Positions 1-11,400 of a stretch of 64,000 nt of DNA are shown here, in pieces (the stretch's first letter is position 1; each line of letters begins with the position of its first letter). Both the position numbers and the translations under genes were made by a program. Origin of the DNA: Octopus sinensis (taxonomy: Eukaryota); NCBI RefSeq assembly GCF_006345805.1, contig NW_021836154.1:3687-67686 (forward strand). Reading direction: 5' to 3'. The notes beneath the pieces were generated by a model that worked only from the letters and a program-made list of their open reading frames with translations, was not told the origin of the DNA and made no database searches.

Positions 1-1504
1 ATGTAGTCCTAGGTATACAATGCCCACAATGTGTGAAAGAAGGACAGGATGGCCATGGTTGGGGACAATTTTGATCACAGAGTTGCTCAGCCAGGATTGA
101 CCCGGGGCTAAATAACAACTCCCAAAGCAGCCCCGTATTCCAACGAACTGAATGACACTGGAGAGGATTAACCTTGAAGAGTTTCTGTGGGGGTCAAAAT
201 ATGTTTAAATAGGGATTAAGGGATTGGTCCTGAGGATATAACTCTTATGTGGTCGTTTGGTCTGCTAAAAACAGCAGTCAAATCTCCACATAATTACACA
301 CTCCCGTGTCATACATAAAGGATATGAAAACCATGTTATCTTTTCACAAAAGTATCCCAGAGACGTTCCAGCTGTGACCATCCCATCTTTTATTGAGGCA
401 TAGTGTATCTAGGACTACATTATATAATGTTCCACCTTGTTGTTTAGCCCCAGGTCAGTCCTGATCCAGTAGGCCTATGATCAGAGACGTTCCAGCTGTG
501 ACCATCCATTTTTTACTCTGGCATTGTGTACCTAGGACTACATTATCTAATGTGTCCTTCTTGTTGTTTAGCCCCAGGTCAGTCTTGATCAGAGACGTTC
601 CAGCTGTGACCATCCCATCTTTTATTGAGGCATAGTGTATCTAGGACTACATTATCTGTGTCCTTCCTTGGTTGTTTCAGCACATCAGCCTCGCCATCAC
701 CCGCGGCAACGCTACAAGCATGCTGGCGTACCTCATAAGTCATTAGTGAGGTTTTCCATCTCCCCAAAATTATCAACCCAGGGTGGTGAATTGTTTTAAT
801 TTTTCCCCTTCTCCCCTTTCTTCTCCCTCTTATGCATACTCTTTTATTCTTTTACTCTTTTACTTGTTTCAGTCATTTGATTGTGGCCATGCTGAAGCAC
901 TGCCTTTAGTCGAGCAAATCGACCCCGGGACTTATTCTTTGTAAGCCCAGTACTTATTCTATCGGTCTCTTTGACAACCGATGCTGGTGTGTTTATATCC
1001 CCGTCACTTAGTGAGTCAAAGACATAAACACACCAGCATCGGTTGTCAAGCAATGCTAGGGGGACAAACACAGACACACAAACACACACACACACACACA
1101 CACACATACATATATACGACAGGCTTCTTTCAGTTTCCGTCTACCAAATCCACTCACAAGGCATTGGTTGGCCCGGGGCTATAGCAGAAGACACTTGCCC
1201 AAGATGCCACGCAGTGGGACTGAACCCGGAACCATGTGGTTGGTAAACAAGCTACTTACCACACAGCCACTCCTGTGCCTATATTTAAGTCTAATATAAT
1301 AATAGTAATGAAATCTGAATCTACACCATTTGAAATGTATTTTCACACAATTTCATTAAAAAATATCCATTTTCTGGAAGTTATGAGGAAACAAAGTCGA
1401 GGATGGGAGGGGGTACAATTGCGTAGGCACGCACTGCGTACCCCTATGTTGTTGATATTATTTTTTAACACCAGGTCAGCCGTTCTCCAGCAGATCGAAG
1501 TAGG

Positions 1505-1990
1505 AGAGAAAGCGTTCCACCCGTGGCTATTCCTTCTTTTAGTCCCAGATAAGTTTGATCTCGCAGCTCTACGACTAATAAGCATAAATTAGCATACATT
1601 TGCATATATTTACGAAAATACATGCTTGCATTTACAAATGTGGCCTTTCCACCGCTAAAAAAGATTATCGCCCTTAGGTAGGATAAAAGGCGTTCCACCC
1701 GTGACTATTCCTTCTTTTAGTCCCAGGTAAGTTTGATCCCGCAGGTCCTACGATCAATAAGCATATATTAGCATTCATTTGCATATATTTACGAAAATAC
1801 ATGCTCGCCGCTAAAAGAGATTATCGCCCTTAGGTAGGATAGAAGGCGTTCCACCCGTGACTATTCCTTCTTTTAGTCCCAGGTAAGTTTGATCCCACAG
1901 GTCCTACGACCAATAAGCATATATTAGCATACATTTGCATATATTTACGAAAATACATGTTCACCGCTAAAAAGGATTATCGCCCTTGAT
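1505..1990. repeat. Three tandem 156-179-bp units, each with an ATTTGCAT octamer
   Basis: Octamers at 1598, 1777 and 1933; partly a diverged variant of the 120-bp unit. Confidence 0.85.
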
Positions 1991-2297
1991 TTCCTTGTTG
2001 ATAGTAAACCAAACCAGGCAAAAGTAAGCGATAACACAGCAGTATATATCTATCACAACCATGAAATATTAACGATATCGTTTATTTCCACCGACCAAAT
2101 ACAACAGTTATCTTGCAATCACAATATTTTTGTTTATAAAAGTTTATTAATTGCTATAATATCTTGCAAATTTCTATATTATGTTTCTAGAATATAATAT
2201 CCGGCCCGGACCGTTTTTGGTGCATTAGTAACTACTGACAGGCCAGGGTTGTTCGCAACGGAACTGTTTTCTGTCCGTCGGCTTTTTGTCCCCTTCG

Positions 2298-2339
2298 ATG
2301 AGTAACATTTACATCCAAGAACCTCCCACAAACGGGAAG
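2298..2339 (+). CDS. CWC27: CWC27 exon 1 (MSNIYIQEPPTNGK)
   Basis: ATG at 2298, donor AAG|GTGAGT; missed by the ORF track. Confidence 0.95.
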
Positions 2340-4274
2340 GTGAGTAGCCAAAGACCTTCCTTTTTACGTCCCTACCTCGTTTAATTGTTTTATTCCGAAA
2401 TCGTTTTACAAATCCTTGGTTTTTCCCTCCGGACGAGAGACTCGAACCAGAGAACAGGGACGGGTTCGTCTTTAATGATGGGTTTTAATGTAGACAAAGC
2501 GGTTGTGGGTTTTGCGGGAGGGAGGAGGTCAGTCGAAGCGATAGACCTCGTGATTTAGACCTGTACTTTGTTTTATAGACCCCTGGAGGAACGAAAGGGA
2601 AAGCGGGCCTCGGCGGGATTTGAACTCAGAACTTAACGAGTTGGAATAATTAATTCTTTAGGCACAAAGCTTGAGATCCTGAAGGGTCAGTGTGAGTCGA
2701 TATCATAGACCCTAGTTCTTTGACTCGTTCTTCATTTAACCGACCCCAGTGAGGGATGAAAAGCAAAGCTGGCTTCCGTGCGATTTGAACTCAAAACACA
2801 AAGAGTCAGGAGAAATGATTTCTGTTTTAGGCACAAGGAAAGGGGTTCGTCAATACCATCTAGTCCAATATTTGTCTGATGTTTTATTTTTATCGACCTC
2901 TGGGGAGATGAAAGACGAAGTTGACCCCGACAGGATTTGAACTCGGAATGTAAAGAGCCGGGAACAAACAATGCCTTCTGTTTTAGAAACAAACAACCGC
3001 AGTTTTGAGGAAAGAAAGGGACAAGTCAATACCATCGATCCTAGTATTTGACTGGTACTTTATTTTATCGACCCCACGGAGGGAAGAAAGGCAAAGCTGG
3101 TATCCGTAGGATTTGATCTCAGAACGTATAATGTTGGAACAAATAATTGCTTAAGCACGAGGTTAGCGATTTTGAAGGGACGGGGGAAAGTCAGTTCCAT
3201 CGCCCCCGAGTATTTCAATTTGTACTTTATTTATCGACCCCCCTCAGATGGAGGAAAGGCAAAGTTGACATCGACGCAATTTGAGATCAGAACGTAAAAA
3301 CCAGGTGAAACAATGGGTTTTGCTGTTTATTTCTGGGCTGTGGAGTCGAAACGAAAAAGTCTTTGACTCCGACTCCTCTACTATTGGCACCTTGACTCCG
3401 ATTCTAACCCCTCTTTATGTAATCAAGTGATTGTGGCCCACATACCTCATAGAGTATATGCATACGCTTGTACTCCGAGTAGGCCTATATCTTATAACTT
3501 TGGCATTGTTGTCCCATTTTCTTTAACATAAACATACTCACACAAGACATGCTTTAAACTCCTCACTCGTATTATTATTGTACCGAGAGTTTAGCTACGG
3601 TCCTCCCATAGCACTTACATAGCCTTACCTACCATCCAGGGTCTTCCGGATACTAATACCTCTCATATATATATATATATGTGTATATATACTTTATTTA
3701 AAGCAGCAGAAAATTCAACAAAACCTGTTACACTGAGTTTCTAGCAAAAACTGTCCGACGAACGGCAACGGGAAACTCAGAGTAATAGATTTTGTTGAAT
3801 TTTCTGCTACTTTAAATAAAGCATATTACTCTACCACTGGTATTTGAGTACTCTTTTTTCCACCTTGTTTCACTTTTATGTGTTTACTCCAGTATGTGTA
3901 TATATATATGTATATATATGTATATACATAATACAAATAAGAAAATGGAGAAACAAATTTAGTTTGTTCATCAACTTTCAGATATTAGAATGTTGAATTA
4001 TTTATTCATTTAAGAAAATGATAACATCAGTAGCAAATATATATATCTTATAATTCAATAAATATAAGATATAAGATAAGAATACAAATTATAAAAGTCA
4101 TAATATACATTAATAATATATATTATTTATATATATTCTGTTGTGTCTGGGGAGAGTAATTTTTTTTTTTGTGCCTTATAATTTAACACAGCGGACTCAC
4201 CCCAGACACAACAGAATGAGCTTCAACACATGAACTCACATAAAGAATCTTGCAAACCAAATCCAAAAAACGAA

Positions 4275-4312
<38 letters not shown>

Positions 4313-7300
4313 CAGGCTTCTTTCAGTTTCTGTGTACCAAATACACTCACGAGGAGTTGGTCGGGTTGAGAGTGCAGTGGATGACATTTGGCCGAAGGTG
4401 CCACGCTGTGGGACTGAACCCGGAACCATGGTGTTGGAAGGCAAGCTTCTTACCACACAGCCACATGACTGACCTTCACACCTTTCCCTTCTATCAAATT
4501 ACAGTGTTGTTAATCAGACAGATATTCTGCATCACACTTCAGTGCTGGTTACATACCTATTTCTTTACTGCCCACAAGGGGCTAAACATAGAAGGGACAA
4601 ACAAGGACAGACAAAGGGATTAAGTCAATTATATCGACCCCAGTGTGTAACTTGTACTTACTTAATCGACCATGAAAGGTAAAGTCGACCTCGGTGGAAT
4701 TTGAACTCAGTACGTAACGGCAGATGAAATACCTATTTCTTTACTACTCACAAGGGGCTAAACACAGAGAGGACAAACAAGGACAGACAAAGGGATTAAG
4801 TCGATTATATCGACCCCAGTGCGTAACTGGTACTTATTTAATCGACCCTGAAAGGATGAAAGGTAAAGTCGACCTCGGTGGAATTTGAACTCAGAACGTA
4901 ACGGCAGACGAAATACCGCTAAGCTAACGATTCTGCCAGCTCGCCGCTGGTTACATACCTGGGACAGCACTGCTGTTGTTGTTATATGTGCAGATAGGTG
5001 CACACTCACATATGCACAAATTAATGCATAGACATGTACGTATCTGTGTATTATCATCATCATCATCATTTAACGTCCAGCTTCCATACTAGCACGGGTG
5101 GGACGGTTTGACAGGAGCCGGCCAGGCTGAAGTCTGCCCCAGACTTCTGTAACTGTTGTGGCAGGATTTTTACAGCTAGATGCCCTTCCTAACACCAACC
5201 ACCCAGCAGAGTGGACTTAGGGCTTTTTATGTGGCACAAGCACAGGCGAGGTCAGTTTTGGCAAGGTTTTCACAGCTAGATGCCCTTCCTAACACCAACC
5301 ACCCAGCAGTGTGGACTTAGTGATTTTTATGTGGCACAAGCACAGGTGAGGTCAGTTTTGGCAAGGTTTTCACAGCTAGATGCCCTTCCTAACACCAACC
5401 ACTCAGCAGAGTGGACTTAGTGATTTTTATGTGGCACAAGCACAGGTGAGGTCAGTTTTGGCAAGGTTTTCACAGCTAGATGCCCTTCCTAACACCAACC
5501 ACTCAGCAGAGTGGACTTAGTGATTTTTATGTGGCACAAGCACAGGTGAGGTCAGTTTTGGCAAGGTTTTCACAGCTAGATGGAGGAAACGGGTAAAGGA
5601 GAGTGTTGATACCTTTGAAAGAGCACGTATTCTTCATGAAGAAGTGAACCATGCTGCTCGATAACACACTGCTTGTGTAATGAATGGGGAATGGTTGGTC
5701 TGCAATGTTTGCAGTCGTGGGGGTTTGTCAAAAGCAGGGCTTGTTAGTCATCAATGGAGCAGCAAGTCTGAAGTATAAGGTAGGCAGAGTTTCTACATCT
5801 GGATGCCCTTCCTAACGCCAACCACTCCGAGAGTGTAGTGGGTGCTTTATACGTGCCACCTGCACGGGGGCCAGTCAGGCGGTACTGGCAATGACCTCGC
5901 TCTTGCTTCAATCTACTGAGCTGAAAAACAAGTAAGATTTAGTGTTGTTGCAGCCCTTTCCCCTTCCATCTGCCACATCTTGAAGGTTCTGCCAGGTTAA
6001 CAGCAGGAGAGTTGACAGGATGTGTATGTGCATTTATTTATGACAATATGAGGACCTACAACAATTAGCAAAAAGTACAAACAAATGGAAAATACACACA
6101 CAGAATGTCACCAAATCCTCATCAGTTATCATCCAAAGGATCATAATAAATTTCACACCTGATCCTTTTGACAATAACTGATGAAAATTTGGTGACATTC
6201 CATGTGTGTATTTTCCATTTGTTTGTACTTCTATATAATTTTTTGAACATATTATTTAATGTAACACCAAGCACTTTATTTTGTAACCATTCTGTGAATA
6301 TATATATATATATAGTGAGATAGAGATAGATAGAGAGATAGATAAATTGATTTGGGGAGCATTTGTTACATGAATAGAAACAATTTTGGTAAATATAAAA
6401 ACAATAACAATGAAACCAATTCAGCAGTAACACAATTGTAACTTCAAAACATAATTTCAAAGCAAATGTTAAAGCAAACATAGTATTCTTAAAATGATAC
6501 ATGCATATATACATAGACAAATAGACACACAAATAACATATATATATGTAAATATATATCGCTTTGATTACACGTGATCCATAAAGAGTTGAGGCATATA
6601 AAAATGAAGCACATATATATATACACATATAAAGTTAATCCAAACATGAAAACACAAAGAGAAAACACAACAACGCGAGGACGTGGAACAGGTATAGTGT
6701 TATTGGACGCTCAGGAAAGGAAAGAAAGAAGGAGGATTTAACGTTTCGAGCGGAGCCCTTCGTCAGAAACATAGGAAAAGGAAAGATCCAGAGAAGGGAA
6801 GACAAAGGGAAAAACATTGCCAACGATACACATGCATTTATATATATATGCACATATATATATCTGTGTGTGCGTGTATACGTATATATGTATGTGTGTG
6901 TGTATATTCATATAAATGTGTGTGTGTATATATATGTATGTATGTATGTATGTATAGAGAGCAAGAGAGAGGGGGAAGAGAGGAAGCATATACATCAGTC
7001 ATCCACCCCCAACAAAGAATTCTGTTGATGGTATTTTGTTGTCAATGCTCACCCTGCCATGTTGTGGCCTTCATCTTGTTCACTGCTTCTGACATTCACA
7101 AAAACGGTAGTTCTCTCTTTTGATGTTTGAACTCAACAGACCTTGCTTTCATTGGTTACCACTTCTGGTCGTCATGAAGTCACATGACAGCTGCTTGTGC
7201 TCTTGATGCAACTGGTAACCGATAGCAACTTACATCACATGACACCATGATCATCATCACAATCATCATCGTTGTTCCAATGTCCATTTTTCCTGTGCTG

Positions 7301-8406
7301 GCATCGGTCAGTAAGAATTTGTCGAGGCTGTGGAATTACTGGAAGTAGTGTCTGGATGTAGAAGACGCACAGACGCCGTAGAGAATACGGGTACGCATGA
7401 AGTTGATTTGTCTCAAATGCTCAGGAGGCCCTCCAAAGTTTAGTTTTCTTGTATTTGTTTCAGTCACTTGATCACGGCCATGCTGGAGCATCCCCTTATA
7501 TATCTGTATATATCCCCTTATATATGTGTGTGTGTATATATATATATAGGCGCAGGAGTGGCTGTGTGGTAAGTAGCTTGCTAACCAACCACATGGTTCC
7601 GGGTTCAGTCCCACTGCGTGGCATCTTGGGCAAATGTCTTCTACTATAGCCCCGGGCCGACCAATGCCTTGTGAGTGGATTTGGTAGACGGAAACTGAAA
7701 GAAGCCCGTCGTATATATGTATATATATATGTGTGTGTGTGTCTGTGTTTGTCCCCCTAGCATTGCTTGACAACCGATGCTGGTGTGTTTACGTCCCCGT
7801 CACTTAGCGGTTCGGCAAAAAGAGACCGATAGAATAAGTACTGGGCTTACAAAGAACAAGTCCCGGGGTCGATTTCCTCAACTAAAGGCGGTGCTCCAGC
7901 ATGGCCGCAGTCAAATGACTGAAACAAGTAAAAGAGTAAAAGAGAGAGTATCCCCTTATATATGTGTATATATCCCCTTATATATGTGTATATATATATA
8001 TATATATATACTACTGCTGTTGCTGCTGCTACTACTACTACTACCCTTCGAATTGTCTTACCCTCCAAGATGCACGGGTTCAATCCTGTCCAAGCGCAGC
8101 CCTTTTATTTGTTTTCCCTTTTTTTTTCTTTCCGTGTCGTCCAGGTTCTTCTCAAAACCACAGTCGGAGACATCGATATAGAATTATGGTCAAAGGAAAC
8201 TCCGAAGGCGTCCAGGAACTTCATCCAGTTGTGTCTGGAAGGTTATTACGATGGCACCATCTTCCATCGTGTCATACCCAACTTTATTGCTCAGGGTGGC
8301 GACCCCGAAGGAACAGGTGAAGGCGGCGAGTCCATATATGGCTACCCATTCAAGGTCAGTCTCAAATATTGCCCTTATCACTTTCTCTCTCTCTCTCTCT
8401 CACACT

Positions 8407-8437
<31 letters not shown>

Positions 8438-11400
8438 ACTTTCTCTCTCTCTTTCTCTGTTTCTCTCTACTTTCTCTCTCTCTCTCTCTCACACTTTCTC
8501 TTTCTCTGTTTCTCTTTCTTCCTCTCTCTCTCTCTCACTTTCTCTTTCTCTTCCTCTCTCTCACTTTCTCTCTCTCTCTCTCTCACACTTTCTCTTTCTC
8601 TCTTTCTTCCTCTCTCTCTCTCTTTCTCTCTCTCTCTCACTTTCTCTCTCTCTTTCTCTCTCTCTCTCACTTTCTCTCTCTCTCCTCTCTCTCACACTTT
8701 CTCTCTTTTTCGTTCTCTCTCTCTCTCTCTTTGTCTCCACCTTCTATCTCCTCTCCCTCCCTCCCTACCTTTTAATACTCTTCTTCCTCTTTCATTTTTT
8801 CTCCCCTCACCTTCTATCACTTTCTCTCTCTCTCCCCCCCTTAACATGTCTCCCTCTCTCTGCTCTCCTTCCTTTTCTCTCCCCACCACTCTGTCACTTC
8901 TCTTTCTTTATATCTCTCTCTCTCTCTCTCTCTCCATTATTCAACAGGATGAATTCCATTCCCGGCTGCGGTTCGTCCGTCGTGGTCTGGTTGCCATGGC
9001 AAATGCAGGACCCAGTGACAATGGAAGTCAGTTTTTCTTCACGCTCGGCTCCACCCCAGAGCTTGCCCAGAAGCACAGCATATTCGGCAAGGTAAGGTAC
9101 CCTCCTTTTGTTGTTGTTGTTTAGTCTCGTCTCAGCTCATGAAACATTTATTCACCACATTTGCACCTTTGACAGGAAATTACCATCTCTTAAAATTCAT
9201 GGTCAGCCATAATTACATTAGTCTCTGACCACCGTCCATCTGGTTGTTGGTAATATGTATTTCTTTACTACCCACAAGGGGCTAAACACAGAGAGGACAA
9301 ACAAGGACAGACAAACGGATTAAGTCGATTATATCAACCCCAGTGTGTAACTGGTACTTATTTAATCGACCCTGAAAAGATGAAAGGCAAAGTTGACCTC
9401 GGCGGAATTTGAACTCAGAACGTAGCGGCAGACGAAATACGGCTACGCGTTTCACCCGGCGTGCTAATGATTCTGCCAGTTCGCCGCCTTATGTTGGTAA
9501 TATGTACCAGATCAATGTGTCACACCTGCATTCCACCTGACTCTCAGTATGAGGGTGGACTGGAAAGTCCACAGGGTGGCTATGAAGGAGTGATGCCAGA
9601 GCTGTTAAGTCTTGCATGCATTAATTTCAACTCTCCTTATTATGATGTATTATGTCATCATCATCGTTTAACGTCCGTTCTCCATGCTAGCATGGGTTGG
9701 ACGGTTCAACTGGGGTCTGGGAAGCCAGAAGGCTGCACCAGGCCCAGTCTGATCTGGCAGCGTTTCTACGGCTGGATGCCCTTCCTAATGCCAACCACTC
9801 CGTGGGTGCTTTTTACGTGCCACCGGCACAGGTGCCAGACGAGGCTGGCGAACGGCCACGATCGGATGGTGCTTTTTACATGCCACCGGCATGGGGGCCA
9901 GACGAAGCTGGCAACGGCCACGGTCGGATGGTCCAGTATTTTAAATCCAGATTTGTCCCCATTAATGGGGGTGGCCGGAACTACTTCACTCTTGCAGCAA
10001 CCACTCTCATGCCATCTCACCATCTTGCCCCGTATTAGGCGTCCCACCCACTCCAGCCAACCCTCCCAATCTCCTTCTCCACCTGCTCCCTCCATGTTTT
10101 CTTTGGTCAACCTTGCTTTCGCGGTTCATTCACTTTAAATCCAAGCACTCTCCTCAGAACATGGTCCTCATCCCTCCTCAACACATGTCCATACCACTGT
10201 ACCCCATTCACCCTTTCCAGCTGTTCCACCGATTCCTCCAACCCCAGCATCCCCATCAAGTCCTCAGCCCTCCTTTTATCCAATAGTTTCACATCACATA
10301 TTGCTCTCACCATTGCTCTCTTGGTCCTTCTCAAAATTGCCATTTCGCTTTCCCTCGGACACCATGTCTTACTCCCATACGGCATTGCAGATCTCACACG
10401 CGGTCTATGTTGGAAAATAAACCTCATTTGGTCAGATTCCATGAGAGTATCTTGGTCAGCCTATGAGCTTTTAAGCCAACACCTCGCACCTGCTGTTAAT
10501 GGTCTTTTTGACCAACAGGATGAAAGCTTATTCCCCAATGGGATCCAAGAACTGCAACACCGATGGAAGAAGTGTGTGGACCGTAAGGGGGTTTATGTTG
10601 AAAAATAAGCCTCATTTGGTCAGATTCCACGACAGTATCTTGGTCAGCCTATGAGCTTTTCACCTGGCATTTGTAGTTACCAGACCAATGTGATTTGCTC
10701 TCTGACCACAGTCCAGTAATTGTCTCAGTTAACGACTGACCCCTTGCACGTCCAGACATTAGAAGTTCTCACCTAAAATCATCAGACAGACAAGCAAAAC
10801 CTGATCTTTAGTCACATGTGTCGTATGATTTATATGTCATTTATCTGATTGATGTGAATGTTTTGTGTCTGTTCAGGTGACAGGTAATACAATATACAAC
10901 ATGTTGAAGCTACAAGAAGTCAGTATCGGACCAAATGACCGACCCTACTGTCCACCAAAGATCACATCAACTGAAGTAAGTATATTTTGTTGTTGTTGTA
11001 GCAATAATAATAATAATAATAAATCTTTTGTACTATCTTAGGCACAAGGTGTGAAATTTGGCGGGAGGGGACTAGTAGATTATATCGACCCCAGTATTTC
11101 CCTGGTACTTAATTTATCGACCCCGAAAGGATGAAAGGCAAAGTTGACATTGGCGGAATTTGAACTCAGAATGTAGTGGCAGGTGAACCACCACTGAGCC
11201 ATATATATATATGCATATATATATGTCTTGCAAACAAGTTGCACATGCAAGTGCTACCAGTCAAAAACTCCGCATACCGGAAGCCAGCAAGTGTATGGGG
11301 TCATCAGGAGAGAATGTGCGCAGTTTCGGGGCCTACCTCACGACGGCATCAATGCGCACTAGCCCTCCCCCCTCACTGACATGAGGCCCCGCTTGCTAGA

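Noticed and set aside
844-1246. Recurrent short ORFs such as MLGGQTQTHKH..., MSSNARGTNT... and ...LKAVLQHGRSQMTETSKRVKE
   Set aside because: Translations of SINE family A that recur at each copy
1700-1900. Minus-strand AAACTTACCTGG resembling the U1 snRNA 5' end, near octamer motifs
   Set aside because: Similarity is patchy, no Sm site or U1 stem-loops follow, and the segment aligns to the 120-bp SINE-tail unit
7548-7620. tRNA-like sequences with A and B boxes (also 13416, 26392, 41245, 49386)
   Set aside because: No complete cloverleaf; each continues into a SINE body, so they are SINE heads and not tRNA genes
11290-11345. Type II hammerhead in the HERO 3' UTR (minus strand GAAAC...CTGATGA)
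   Set aside because: Sequences that would form stem II are CCCC and CCCC and cannot pair
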